A DNA stretch of 64,000 bases from Octopus vulgaris (GCA_951406725.2 OX597825.1:3224001-3288000), one strand, 5' to 3'; shown: positions 13,029 to 28,031, counted from the first letter of the stretch. The notes: generated by a model not told the origin, from the letters alone. Numbers and translations: made by a program.

Positions 13029-14118
13029 ATAGATATTTTCTTACTCCCTGTGTTTAAATAAGTCTATTGAACAAGCAGACTTTAAATTTAGAAAGTAAAA
13101 AGTCTTTAACAAATACTGCAAGGTATTTCAGAATGTTACTCCATTTCTAGATTTCCTTTCTTAATTCGAATTAAAAATTGATACATGTTTATAAAAATGC
13201 TGATTGCACTGCTACGTGCTTCTCAGACCCTGGAGACTTATACATGGAATATTATTCATTACTTACACACACATTTTCGTGCAAACACAAGCACAACGAG
13301 ACTCACTGTTACACATACACACAGATGCATACACACACATATATATATATATATATATACATCTGAGGCGTCTCTCTCCCTCTTTTCTCTGCCTTTTCTC
13401 TCTTTAACATTTTGGTCTACTAAAGAATTTCGTAGTTATCTGAAATACTGCAACATACCTGTCTTTATCTGAATATTTCGGTGCGCGAATTACAGCTCCT
13501 GCTAGGAAACCTTTAGTTTTGACTTGTCCCATTAGTATTTGTAAATTTTGGTTCACGTATTTTGCTGACAACGTCAGCGAGATTTTTGACCAATCCAGTG
13601 ACTTCTCTGTTTTTTTTTTTATCTCCGCTATAGGAACATCGGTGGGACAGGTCTGTGCCTCTGCAGCCTGCCCCGTCTCTACGTCTTTAAGGGACAGATA
13701 GAAACGGCATGACCTTTAAAATTTGCTACCAATTTCTTCGCCGTAAGAGTTGCTACGAAATTGTAAACGTCAAGAACTGAACATAACTGAACTGAAGAGA
13801 TTCGACAACTGATTTTCCCTCGAGCTACCCACCCGAAACTTTCCCTACTGATGGCATGATCGCAAAGCAGCAGAGGTTTCGAATATAGGTTATCGTATCT
13901 CCAGGTTCGTATCCCAATATCTATCTAGCCACAGGATAACCCGATGCATATATCTGAATGACATGCTCATTAACTTATAGCTTGAACCTGGCAAAAGATA
14001 ATGTGTAAGAAGTTGACCCACACTCAAAACCATAGAACTCTCGAAATATCGACCCACTACACAACAGGATTTTGCTTACAGAGATAAAGAGAAAGAGGAA
14101 TGTGCGTGTGTATATATA

Positions 14119-14323
14119 CTCTTTTCTTTTCTTTTACTCTTTTACTTGTTTCAGTCGTTTGACTGCGGCCATGCTGGAGCACCGCCTTTAGTCGAGTAAC
14201 TCGACCCCGAGACTTATTCTTTGTAAGACCAGTACTTATTCTATCGGTCTCTTTTGCCGAACCGCTAAGTGGCGGGGACATAAACACACCAGCATCGGTT
14301 GTACGCACACAAACGTACACGTA

Positions 14324-14373
<50 letters not shown>

Positions 14374-14533
14374 CATATATACGACGGGCTTCTTTCAGTT
14401 TCCGTCTACCAAATCCACCCACAAGGCTTTGGTCGGCCCGAGGCTATAGTAGAAGACACTTGCACAAAGTGCCACGCAGTGGGACTGAACCCGGAACCAT
14501 GTGGTTGGTAAGCAAGCTACTTACCACAAAGCC
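14119..14533 (-). mobile_element. tRNA-derived SINE, family A
   Basis: Close reverse complement of 48359-48790. Confidence 0.9.
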
Positions 14534-14564
<31 letters not shown>

Positions 14565-14566
14565 GC

Positions 14567-14610
<44 letters not shown>

Positions 14611-15039
14611 CTATCTGTCTCTCGTCTCTCTCTGTCTTGCTCTCTCTGTCTTGCTCTCTCATTCTTTCATTTTTCTTTCTGTCTCTCTCCCTCTCGAGGG
14701 CTTACATTCATATGCGCAAATATAGGTACATACGAGAGAGAAATTAGCACGTGTCAAAGGATGTCTTCTTGGACATTAACAGTGCATATTACAGTTCTTT
14801 ATTTGACATTTAATTATAATTGTTTTGTTAAAACTGACTCTCCGATGAACAATGTAGACGTAGGCTGAAAACTTTGAGTTATGCTAAGATGAACGCGAGC
14901 ACGGGCCAAATGGGGAGTCAGTTCGAGGATCATCGTGTGTAACACGACCTGTCAGATCTAACTAATCTCGATCTGGAAAGGCATTCAATGTTATATGACT
15001 TTCTTTCTAAAAGCCTTTCTGAACATCTTGAAGACAGTT

Positions 15040-15125
15040 CTATATGTGTCCATAGGGCATATGGCGTAGTGGTTAAGAGCACGAGCTACTAACCCCAAGA
15101 TTCCGAGTTCGATTCCTGGCACCGA

Positions 15126-15216
<91 letters not shown>

Positions 15217-15363
15217 TACAACATCGAAAAATACCTTAGGAATGAGAATCAAGGTTCGAAATTTCCCTAAGATACTTGGTGAAGGCTGGAGAGTATATAT
15301 GCTGAGACTTTGTGTTCACAACAAACAAGATGAGGACAAATATCCGCCAAATGTAAATAATGT
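15040..15363 (+). mobile_element. tRNA-head / (AAT)n / HHR-like SINE-type element (copy 2) with 15-bp TSD
   Basis: A box TGGCGTAGTGG at 15062 and B box GAGTTCGATTCC at 15105. (AAT)n tract. Degenerate HHR at 15272-15315. Flanking repeat atc(t/c)tgaagacagtt at 15025-15039 and 15364-15378. Confidence 0.75.
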
Positions 15364-16918
15364 ATCCTGAAGACAGTTTTAATAAAGTATACTCTGGGTT
15401 TTCTGTTAGTATAATTCCTGCAATAATGATTGTGCACATTTGTCGAAAAGTTAGAGGGGCATTTGAATAAAATCTATATCAATAATCGCTGATATCAGTT
15501 TGTGTAGATACTGAGTGAGTAAATATCTCTATTATATTCTCAGATAAGTGCTGTGTAGTTATGTCATGTACTCCACTTAGATGTATGATCTTACGTTACG
15601 CATATGTTTCGTTTCCACAGAGATCTTAATTTATGATGGCTTGAATGTAAAACATACATAAAACGTTCATATATGACATAGCACATCCTGTTATTTCAAA
15701 AGGTTTGTCGTTCAAGACAAGAAATGGAAAACCTTTGATTCGATTTTCCTTTCCTTATTAATTCTTATCTTCCACAACATGTAATTTTATATAAGTACAC
15801 ATATATATCATGTTTCAGTGAGCGGGTACATTTAATCGTTCACGCCTACACAATTCCTGGGTACCATTTCTTCACCTTCCATGCTATCACTTCTTATAAC
15901 ATGTTTCTAATATGATTAATTTTCCTCAGTCGCATCTCATGTTTTTATGTAACTCGGTAGATAAAAATGTACCAGATATTTTTATATTTAAGATAGAAAA
16001 TACATGTTCCGTGCTTCCAATGTTCTATATTTACTGATTTGCAATAAGGAAATTTGCAAATAAGGACATTTACAAATACTCTGGTAACTACGTCGAAGTT
16101 TTTGAGATACAGGTTAATTCCTGAATGGATATGGTAAAATTACAATCAAGAAAATTAATCGAATGATGGAAATCAAACTGATGCAACAAAATTTGAATAA
16201 TATTTCGAACACTAAATTGTGCAAATTGTAATTTTGATTACCATAAACAATAGGATCGTTCAGGAACAATATAATATTCAACCAAAATACATTACCCACC
16301 TTGACGGCATAACGTTCTTTTATTTATTTTTCCTTCGTTTAACTGAGATGTAATGCTTAAATTTGCATTTCCTTTGTTTTTAGTTGTATCTGTGTTAATG
16401 CGTATATTTATTAATGTAAGAATGATCATACGCGTGTATGTATGTGAGTGGTTGTATTAGTATTTCATTTTCTTATCTACAACACTTTTCCCTAGTTGAA
16501 TTGTGTTCTTCGGTATTTTAATTGTTTTGTCTCTTGATTTGAATTTCCATAGTTTAGTGTTGACTATAGAAACTGTTCCAATAGATATGCTAATGAATTC
16601 TGGTATGCTGTCCACAGTTCACAGTAGATGGAATAATGTCTACTAATTTCTAATGCTAATTTCTATGTTTTCGTTCAATGGTGTATTGAGAATACTTTAT
16701 GAAGGCAATATGATGTATTTATGTTGAAATCAAAAGAGTCATTTGTATGATGAATATATTAAAGTGTTGGTGACAAATATAAATTTTGAACGTTAAAGGA
16801 CAGTGTAGAACGAAGTAACTTCTTTGAATTTCAAACTAGAATGAAATTGATATTGCTTTGCTCAAGTTAGCAGAATATAAGTGATACCGAAATCAATGCT
16901 TTTCATAAAACTTTGCAG

Positions 16919-16964
16919 GAGAGGAAAGAGTGCTTGAGACAGAGGCACTTGTTGCCCAGCTTTT
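16919..16964 (+). CDS. Internal exon B: (R)EERVLETEALVAQL(F)
   Basis: Acceptor tttcataaaactttgcAG and donor TTTT|gtaagt. 46 nt, phase 1 to 2. Joins exon A (c+ga=R) and exon C (tt+t=F). Confidence 0.65.
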
Positions 16965-18038
16965 GTAAGTTGAGAGCAAAAATATGCTATATATGAGTCA
17001 TTTATATCATTGCCCGCCTCCTGTAAATGTCAACACATTTGCCTATATAAAACAATTATTATTATTGTTGTTGACTGCTTTTTGCTGTTTTTGTTCCTGT
17101 TCACACGCCGTACAAAACCATTAGCGACATTTTCCCCGACTTTACAATTTTGACTTGCTTCATTTCGGTGTCGATGATATAGGTACCTGTAGCATACTGC
17201 TGACGCTGCATTCGTCTCTGAATAATTATTATCTTTAGCAATAGAATTCCTCATATTTTATATCACATACGCTTCCATTACTAAACCGACCATACTGCAG
17301 CATTTAGAGTGATGATTTGCTTTCATAAAATGGTTTGCATTGCAATTTTCAAGGCATCGTAGCATGATGTTGCTTTGATTAAAATTTTACTGTTAGAGAT
17401 ATAATTCATTACATGATTTATAGGTTTGTTCATCATTATTATTTAACTAATGTTCTCCAATGAACTATAAGCAATTATCAGAAATATATTTTATGAAATT
17501 TGGAACAGTACAGTGACCATTTCTCTTAGATAATATTGCTCTCATTACTATAATTTTCAAAGATTAGCTTAGCAATTACCTTTGATGAGCGGTGAGTTTG
17601 TAAAACATTTTCGTTTACGATGTTCATATCAAATATAGACGACTTCTGTTGAATTATTTCTGCGGTCAATTAAAAATATATCCGACACAAATTTGTCCTC
17701 GGTTTTTACATTTTATCAATTTATTTATTATTATCTTTTATTTGTTTAGAACATGGATATCTGAATGTTTATTCCGATTCCGTTCCATTTGTGATTGAAA
17801 TCAGTGTAAATGTTCTCCGAACTTTTGATATGCATCATGTTTGATGATGATTTCTTGTCAACAAACACAAAATTATTTTTTCTACAAGGCATACCATGGC
17901 CAGTCTTTTTATAATTACGAATCGAATTGATGATACTCTTTTCATTTTATGTATTTATAAGAATCGTCAATTGCTAACTTCCGCGTGTAGTCAAAAATAA
18001 AATAACAAAAAATCCGCTGAATTATAAACTTAATTATA

Positions 18039-18560
18039 TACCAGATGCATTCATGAAGTTTCCAGACATTTTTTTTTACAAGAGCTGTTGTAGATTATAG
18101 TAATTCCATTAGTACACATCTAATAAGCTGACCTATCAACTTCGTTATTCCAGATTGAAGTCGACGGCTTTAGCACCAATTTGAGCACATCCTACTAGAC
18201 ATTGTTTGTCTTAGCTGTAGTTTACCGAATACAACGGGACATTTGGAAGCTCAGAAAGGAAGCTCGTATTATAAAAGGCAAGCAAGAGCACACGTACTAC
18301 ATAAATCCTGTATATAAAAGTCTTCGTCGGAAAGGATGGCAAGGTATAAGCTATCGTTTTTATTCCTGCTATTTCTAGCAATTTATATGTTTGTATAGAG
18401 AGGGTCATCACGAGTAAATTTCCTGAGGCCTTTTTTGTCTTAGTATGCTGTTTATACGAGGAATGGTCTCTGTACCTGATAGAAACCAGAGTGGAAATCA
18501 CCTTTACATTTACAATTAAAAGTAGTGTGAATATCGCAATATATCTGTTAGAAATGTGTT
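18039..18560 (+). mobile_element. Highly degenerate mariner-like remnant
   Basis: Mariner-like 5' end (gcattcatgaagtttccagac) and EWKSP-like translation. Recognised by resemblance only. Confidence 0.3.
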
Positions 18561-19199
18561 ATGACAGGAACGTCAAAACAATAACATGTGCTAACCAACA
18601 GAATAATTTTGATTTGAGCCTCTATTGTCAGGGAAATGAGCAGACTTAATAATAGAATATTTTCTGACTGGTAGTTCTATTGTGTGATTTGAACAAATAA
18701 AATAAGGTTACACTTCAAGGGAAAATGATTGACGTATATATTTACGCTGTCGTTGTAACTTTCGAAATATGTCATAAGTCTTTAATGGCATTGGAATGTC
18801 TTTAACAAATAAATGTCTGGTGTTAAATGAGGTTCATTTGTTTCTCAAGGTAAACATATGTACATGGCATCCCCAGTTATTCAACTATACTATACAGAGC
18901 ATTTATCGAAGGTAATTTCTCGATTTGTATCTTTGTGTGTAAGCTGTCAATTTATTCATGTATCTGCCACCTCTTAATCAGTTTTTCCTTCAACCGTTTC
19001 CGGATGAGCAATTACTTTGCTGAGAAGTGCGACCCGTTGGTAACAGCGATGTATTTTGCTAGGAGAAAGTGATTTGCGATCAAAAATTTTGCCGGTTCCT
19101 TTTGTGGAAACTGCAATATTTTTGATAAGCTGGTACATCTCAAGCATTAGTCTGTAATATTTATGAGGGCAAGCCTTAAATGAAATATATGTTGGTAAT

Positions 19200-19780
19200 C
19201 AGATTTAAGGAATATTCCGGCAGATTATTTTATACACGAAATATTTATCTGGGGCTGTAGGATTTGTTATGTATATCCTATAAAGCAAGATGTGAAGATT
19301 TCTCACTGAAGTTAAGTTTTCTGGGATATGTGTTCTTCTCCAACAACAATCCAGAGCTTTAGCAGTAATAACCATCTGCAATAGTGATCTTGTTTGCATA
19401 TCCGCTAACATTCTCGTAGCAATAGTGTGTGTATTGACGTCACTGTACATTTCGAAAAACTTGCAGTGTCACACGGCTTATATTTTAAGGTTTCATCTTT
19501 GAATGATGATGCAGTTTCTGATCATCTTGCAAACAGTTTGGGAATCATATATCATCACTGTTGCTCTCACACACTTCAAACAAATGCCAATCCAAATGCC
19601 CCGAAATCTACTAGTAACGATGCTGCTCGTGAAAATTACAGGACGCTAATTTTGAACAGTGATTAATTTTGCTGGAAGTGAGTAACTGGTCAAGCCTTTC
19701 TAAAAATGCATTGCTAACATCAAGGTAGAAGAGCCGCAGATATACAAGAAGCCTTGGGGATGAGATTCATAAAAAATACA
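19200..19780 (+). mobile_element. Degenerate hAT transposase remnant
   Basis: HHCCSHTLQ resembles the hAT CxxH motif (RCASHTLNL). Upstream SFLG-like segment. Confidence 0.4.
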
Positions 19781-20506
19781 TTCTACACATAAAAAAGCAA
19801 AATTTATAAAAACCAAAATTCTGTAATCTTATACGTAGTATATTTCCACGGTGTGTGTGTGTGGGCGTGTGTGTTAGATATACTTGTCTCTATTTGTGAT
19901 TTTGTGTGCGAGATTATACATGCATCACTCAATGTTCGTGAAACTCTGGTTACAATGTGTACAATTTCAGCATGTTTCACGCATGTACACACACGCACCG
20001 AACACAAGCACACGAACATATGTGCACATACGTCTGTACATATTTCACTTAGTGTATGTGCATACAACAGATTCATGTGTTTACGCATAATGTTCTGGCC
20101 ACATGTATGAACATCTGAGAATAATGATTAAAAATGTTGTATTAAATATTTGAAAGTAAATACTAGATTATCATTAACTATATAACAAGTTTTCAATTTG
20201 AACTGATTGATTCATTAATGCAAATCTTATATAAATAAGCAAATATCTAGACAAATCTACGGATTTGTTTTTAAATTACTCGTTGCATTTCAAATAAGAA
20301 ATAAATTATTGAATCGCCTAAAATGATTACGAATTAGATTCACACGCAACACAAACATAAAGACACAAAAATACATTTACGTCCCCCCACTCACACTCAT
20401 GTATATGTAAGCATATTTGTGAATATACATACTTGCGTGCCTCTGTAAATGCATATATATATATATATATACACAAACACGCGTTCATATATATACATAT
20501 ATATAA

Positions 20507-20568
<62 letters not shown>

Positions 20569-21207
20569 ACATACATATACACATATGTGCGTGTGTACGT
20601 ATGTGTGTATAAATATGTGTAGCTTCAGAAAATAGTGCATATTTGCATTTCGCACACACGTGATTTGTATTCTCGATGAAATATTCCTTCCAATGGCAAC
20701 CCAATTTATCTCGAATGATGCGTATCTAGCTTTGGTTTTACTGCTTATCAGGTCCATAATGTATTTGCGGATAAGGAATACACAGATCATGTATGTAATT
20801 ACTTTTTTAACAAGAATATTCAGAACTTTGTCCAATAACTTAATATTTTAAAGCTGCGTGTATTTATTGAGTTATTTCTTCCGTTTATGATTTTACTCTT
20901 TAATAAGCATTAAATTTTACAACCACAAAATTAATTTATTTTGGCATTTACCGTATTATTTTGTGCATAATCATAACGAATATTTCATATTCCGGTTGTT
21001 CAAATGTTTACATACATTTCCATATGTGACAAATAATTTGTAACTTTCACAATCATTATATGTATTCTGCAAATTATATTCTGCAAATTATATTCTTACT
21101 AATCCAAATCGTAGATTATTTGACGACGATTTCAGCTAAGTAACTATAATTACCATGTTTCGAAATAAAAGTAGTACACAGTTTTTCAACAAAATTTTTT
21201 CTATCTG

Positions 21208-21319
<112 letters not shown>

Positions 21320-21589
21320 CGTGTCTATCCGTCAATCTATCAGTCTATCTACCTACCTATATTTCTATCTCTCCATCTCCATTGGTTTAAAACCTCACCC
21401 TAAAAGCCAAAAACAATATTCTCTTCTAATAAAAAAAAAACAACATCTGTTTCATATAACGAAGAAGCTGTTTGTACGTTCACAAAATGTTATTGGACAA
21501 GTTCGAGAAGGGAAAGAGAGCGCTAGTAATAATGAAGAAATAAATAGATTTTTTTCCAAAATTCCGACGACTTATCTTTCTCAATAGAT

Positions 21590-21620
<31 letters not shown>

Positions 21621-21653
21621 CACACACACACTCTCACACACACACACACACAT

Positions 21654-21744
<91 letters not shown>

Positions 21745-21750
<6 letters not shown>

Positions 21751-22140
21751 GTCTTTTATTTTTTATATTTTGTACTGTCGTTACTGTCTTGTTTTTGTTA
21801 CCATTTTTACCCCTCCGCAAAAAGATCTCAAATTTTATTTAATTTGCTTTTCGCGGGAAGGAAAGTTTCTATTGAATAATGCGTATCGCCTTCACCTTCG
21901 AAACGCAGAGTAGATTAAACCATGGCGACTGATGAATTTTCCTTGTGTTATTTGTCATGTACTCTATTTTTTCGTTGTTTAAGAAAATTGTCCAGTTCCT
22001 TGATTTTGTGTTTATGTTTTCGTTTCTCATTGTGTTCGAGTTTTTTTTGGTGTCCTGTACCCATATATGCATGTATATATACATGTAGAGGTAGGTACGT
22101 ACATATATGTATGTATATATGCATATGTTTTATTTATTAA
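21745..22140 (+). mobile_element. Penelope-like repeat fragment (related to 34092-34265)
   Basis: Shared ggtgtcctgtac...atatacatgtag..gtaggtacgtacatatatg block. HHR-like half motif at 21838-21919. Flanked by (TA)n. Confidence 0.45.
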
Positions 22141-22142
22141 TT

Positions 22143-22181
<39 letters not shown>

Positions 22182-22463
22182 ATGAAAGATGCGGTTTCTC
22201 CATTTTCATGAACTAAAAGTCGTAGGAGGACAGGATAAAGAGCCTGAAGGAACTTCATATAGGGGAAAGTAGTAATTTTTACCTTGTCCTGAAAGACAAC
22301 TGAATTTTGAAAGAGGGGCTTGCAAACCTACCAGATAGATGAAAGAGCATTTCAGAAATTAAAGGAGAGTAAATTTTAGATTAAGAAAGGACTTTGTTCA
22401 TCTTAGTTTTGAAAAATAAATGGAGTATAAAAAACTGTATCATTTATGGGATGACCCAATATG

Positions 22464-22507
<44 letters not shown>

Positions 22508-25420
22508 ATTACATACATATTTATATTTATGTGTATGCATGTATTTGAGTTTGTGTCAGTATATGCATATATATATATATACACACACATGTATATATAT
22601 ATACATATAATTATGTGTGTATATATACATGAATACACGCCAATATATACCTTTACATATATACATACTTCTATATACATACATCTCTGCCTGTCTGTCT
22701 GTCAGTCTCAGTCTCTCTCTCTCTCTAACACACGCACACACCGCTGCACACGCATAGACACACATATTACCATATAGCATTTATCCTTTTATGCAAACAT
22801 ATATTCTGATGAAGTGAATATGGCATTAAGTTAAAATGAGATTATCGCTACACAAACTAATTACGCATACATCGCAAATCTATTAAATGTTTTATTTATA
22901 GGAAGAGATAAAAAATTATTTATAAATGGTAAATTTATTGTTGTTGACTTTGTCAAAAGTGAAATATGCTTAAATTAGTAACATTAATTATTTTTGCTTT
23001 TAAATAAATAATTCGGATTGTGAATTTTAAATATATCACTTGCTCTATTCTTTAAAATAAAATCAATATGAAAATATATTATATAAGCATAAGTATACAA
23101 GAAAACCTCTAATGTCGTTTAATGAAATCAAATGTACCCAAGAATATAGGTCTCCGTACTTATGCCATTTGTTAATACTGTACGAATATTTGTTAAATTA
23201 TGTGAGGGCAAATCAGAAAGTATTTCTTATTTGCGTTATACTTTGATTAGATTTGTATGTATACGTATACAAAGCTACACACACACACACACACATAAAC
23301 GTCATTGTGTTGTTTGTTAATACAAATAGAGAAAGGTAAATTATATTTTGACTCCAGTCGTCTGTATGGGTATACACAATCTCGCGAACACGCGCCTATA
23401 CACAAACATACAGGCGCACGCACACGCGCACACACACACACACACACACACGCATATAAAGACGTTTTCATGAGTGATTGTCAATCCTGGCAAAATAATT
23501 CATGACCTTTCTCTGCTCTCTCTTAATAAAATCATCCCCGTACCATTGAATAACATGCAATCCTAAGACAGGTTCCAAGATTTTAGCCCATGGCCATTCT
23601 GTTTTGGTAGTCCATAGTTGTGGTCTCCAGTTAGACTTGATTTTTCCACTGAGTGATATATAAGAATTGTATCTCACCTCCACATTCATTTCTTGGCAGA
23701 GGATTTTATCCGCCTCAATACACCTAGGTATTTGCAACGGTCATCCTCATTCATTATATATTTCTATGTGCTCTAAATGATAAGTTATACGAAAAGAAAA
23801 GAACACAATTGATACACAGGAAAGGGATCCGAAGAGAAAGTTAATAATAAGGTAAATGCAAAAAAGAGAAAAAAGAGAAAAACGGGGAAACATATAGAGA
23901 GACTCGAGAAGAAAGAGGAAGATAAAAAGAGAGAGAGAGAGAGAGGAAAAATCTGGAAAAGAATTTTGGGATAAGAACGAATTTGTTAACTGCTATATTA
24001 ATGATTAGGTCACTACTATAAAATCATTGTGGTCAGCCCCACCTAGGTCAAATAGCATCTACACATCGTATTGAAATTTGAATCCAGCCATATAATACGA
24101 GTTGAAAAATAAATAATGAAAATAAAGTACGTAAAGTAAGTAATGGATGACCACTTAAACAAGGTGAGCGGTGAAGATATATAATCAATTTTCCAAAAAT
24201 ACGTATATAAACATTATAAACTCAAGAGATATTAGGTTGTTTTACATGAAATGTCCCATTTTTAATTACTTTTTGTTTCGGTCATTTAATAACTCAGTTA
24301 CGTATATCATGTGTTTAATCTTGGCACTTTTTCTTTCCCAAAAATATTGGTATGCTAAATTTGTACTCACAGACTTTATGAAAACAAAGTGCTTGCGTGA
24401 TTGGTGCCTTCTATTATGGTCTCAGGGTGACCAATGCATTGTGAGTGGAATTCTAGATGAAAACTGAAAAGGCCCACAGAGGGACACGATGTAAACTTTG
24501 GATTGATTTGAACTTTGTAAAGAATGAATCATGCTTAAAGAATTTCCAAATCTCCATATATTCTGCACATTTGAATTGAACACGTTCATGAATAAATATT
24601 CATAGTAAAAGGACTTGCATTTAAGACAGACGAGAAAGCAGATTTTGAAATGATAACGAATAAAGTGATGATATTTTACTGGACCATACGGAAAAGGAAA
24701 GCATGTAGATTCTATTGCAACAAACGGTGGAGCATTCATTATTAACATACATTTCAATATCGATGAGATATTACGAAACAACTCTCTATTGTCTATATGT
24801 AAAAATGACTGTAGATAAAAGCGAGAACAATAGCATAAAAACACTCGCACATATAAGAACACCTTTTAAACTATTCATATTTTATAAAGTTAGATTTGCA
24901 GATTCTACAGATGTTAAAACTATTATTCATACTTTACTGTCAAAATATTTTGCTCGTGACGTATTTGGAACGAAAGGAAAAAAACAATCAAAATATACGA
25001 ACAAATTACTAAACACACGAGTAAATTTTTCAGTAAATACATGTGAAAAATAATCTCATACATGTAGTTCTAAATATATTCATATAATTTAAATTTCGAA
25101 TAGATATTAAAAAAAAATATTTTCAGTTTTATACCATTTTACTATTTTATTTTTCTGAGAAATTCAAATATATTTTACATATAATATTGCATTTAAAAAT
25201 AACATGTATATCTGTCTATGTAAATTATTTGTTTCATTGCATCAACAAAACTAGTTCAATACATTTTTATTTTATAAATTTAAAAACAAATTTTAAATAT
25301 CGATAATGACTATTTATAACAGTATTTCACTAGATATATGCTATTATAAATATGCGCACATTTATCACTGCATGCACACACACACACACACACACACACA
25401 CTTATAAATATATTTTTGTA

Positions 25421-25452
<32 letters not shown>

Positions 25453-26036
25453 GATGGATAGATATAAGTGTATATGTGTGTATATATGCGTGTGCGCGCA
25501 TCTCTGTCTCTGTTTGTATTGAATGAAGATCTAAATCGATTTTATATATTTCCAATCAGAACGAATACATATTCATTTGTAGTGATGTTTCGATAGTTTT
25601 TTGGGTTTTTCATTTCATAAAGAATGCGTGACTGCAAACTAAAAAATAGTTCTTTAAATTCTGGAAAATATAGATTAAACGTTCACTGATGAAACGACTC
25701 GGTATTATTTCTTGGCGAAATAGACGGTGTATTTTTATTATTTTTTCTTAAATTTCTACAAGCGCAGATATTCAAGATATATATATAGCATTACACTTCT
25801 CTAAATATGAGGCGAATGAAATCTACGGGCGAAGCATTTCTCTATTGCCGTCTATATCTGTGTGATAACATTAATGCTGTCTTAGTAAATACATTTCCTC
25901 CTGTTTTACTTTTGTAAGAAATTTAATATAATTTTAATCATTTTATATGTATTACGTCTCATTGAGAACATTTTCTCTTTTAAATCTTCACTATCATTGG
26001 ATATTATTCAACCACAAATATATACATACATACATG

Positions 26037-26093
<57 letters not shown>

Positions 26094-26098
<5 letters not shown>

Positions 26099-26199
26099 AT
26101 CCAAACAAGAATGCACAAAAAATACAACAACGAGAGGACGTGGAACAAATATAGTATTATTGGACGTTCAGGAAAGAAGGAAAAAAGGAGGGTTTAACG

Positions 26200-26201
<2 letters not shown>
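26094..26201 (-). mobile_element. Truncated relative of the 2318/37960 family
   Basis: aacaaatatagtattattggacgttcaggaaag...tttaacgtt, ending in (TA)n where the HHR would begin. Confidence 0.45.
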
Positions 26202-26258
<57 letters not shown>

Positions 26259-26937
26259 TAGGTATGTGTATATATACATATAGATAGATATATGTATGTA
26301 TATATATACATACATATACATATATATATGTGTGTGTGCGTGTGCGTGCGTATGTATATATATATCCTTCACACAATACCGTGTGTGGATGATATACTTA
26401 AGTTCAACATGTACTCACTATTTTGGGTTCCTACTGCCTTACGGTGGATACATTGGCTATTTTTGCATTTTAAAAAATAAGCATATTATATTTTACTTAT
26501 AGAAATTGTAGTTTCAAATTGGTTTGTGAAAATTGATCAGAATATGAAATTTTCACATATATATGAAATTTTCTTTTACGAAATATGTATTTCTTAAAAT
26601 TTAATGATGCAATATTCTCATTCTTTCTTTCTTACAAAGGGCACTTCAGAAACATCAAATGACAGATGGCTACCCGTACCTTACGATGGATGCATTGTCT
26701 ATTTTTGCCTTTTTAAAATCATTTTTATATTAGCCAATGCAGAGAAGCCTTGGCCAGATAATTTTTCTTTATTTTTAGTATTTAACTAAAAGTAAAAAAA
26801 CTTTAAAAAAATACAACAGAAAATTCATAGTTTAATTCAATTACCAATAATCAAAAACAATTCAAATATATTTTTAACAAATGAATATTGATAACTTTTA
26901 CTGCATTACCTGGAAGAAATAGTGGATTACAGTGAAA

Positions 26938-28031
26938 ATGCAAGTGTATGTATGTTAATATTATTAAGTTATTACAGCTGGAAAAATATAGAACGAGATT
27001 TCTACAGTAGAATTTGCCCAATTCGTCAGCTCTAAAGGAAACTAAAATGTAATTTAAATAAACATTCTACTGCACTTAAAATATTGCAGCCGAGAATAAC
27101 TTTTTTAAAATCAACATACTTTATATTAGGTAAATTTGAGATAATTTTTTTATCATTAAGAGAATCTATAAATCAAGTAAGTCTTTAAAAACATTTTACA
27201 AATTTAAGCAAATTTTTTTTTAAATCATGTCTTTTGAAAAATACAATTCAAATTGTCATTTTACTTAGTTTTATCAGGTACAAACAATAAAATTTGTTGT
27301 TGTATAAACAATATTGCACAAGATGTTTTCACTTGAATTGAAATCCCATAACAAAAAATAAACAAAAACATTGATTGCAGTAGAATGGCCAATGAATGTT
27401 TTCAAACCAATTATACAATTACTCGATTCTTCCACATTAAAAATAAAGAAACTAATGTGACAAATAATTCATAAGTAAAATTTATTAGAGAACATTCATA
27501 CAGCAGAATTAGCAGAAAGTTTCTCTGGATTATTCGTTACATCACGTAATTCGTAAGTTTCAATTTTCTCCTAGAGATGACAAATTGGGCGAATTCTACT
27601 GTTTGTTTTAAAAATTTACTTTATTTTATTTTATTTTTAAAATACATCTGTTTTCAAAAAATAAGCACATGGGCTTAAAAACAGACATAAATAATTTGGC
27701 TTAATGATTTTTTTCTGAAAATAATATAAATTACTGGTGTTCTACATGAAAGGAATTTCTGAAAATAAGTCTAAAAGTTTAAAATCGGATGGGCTTATTT
27801 TGAAAAAAAACAAACAAAAGTAATAACCTTAGAGTTTTTGTTTTAATAAAATGCAATAAATTTTAAATAATTTATTCTCGGCTGAAGTATTTTAAGGGCA
27901 GTAGAATTAAAATTCTAAGTACCTTTTAGTTTCCTTTAGAGGTGACGATTCAGGTAAATTGTACCGTGGAAATATTGTTCTGTACTTTTCCAGGTGTAAT
28001 AACTTAATATTAACATGCATGCGCTCGCAAA
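26938..28031. mobile_element. Fold-back / MITE-like element with about 170-bp diverged inverted arms
   Basis: 26938-27110 is a diverged reverse complement of 27862-28031. A third partial copy lies at 27565-27602. Confidence 0.65.

Noticed and set aside
13792-13850. CTGAAGA...CGAAA
   Set aside because: No convincing helix I or III and no NUH site.
15055-15125. tRNA gene (also 42996 and about 52520-52580)
   Set aside because: A and B boxes are present but there is no closed cloverleaf; these are SINE heads or relics.
25686-25732. CTGATGA...GAAA
   Set aside because: Helix II does not pair and there is no cleavage triplet.
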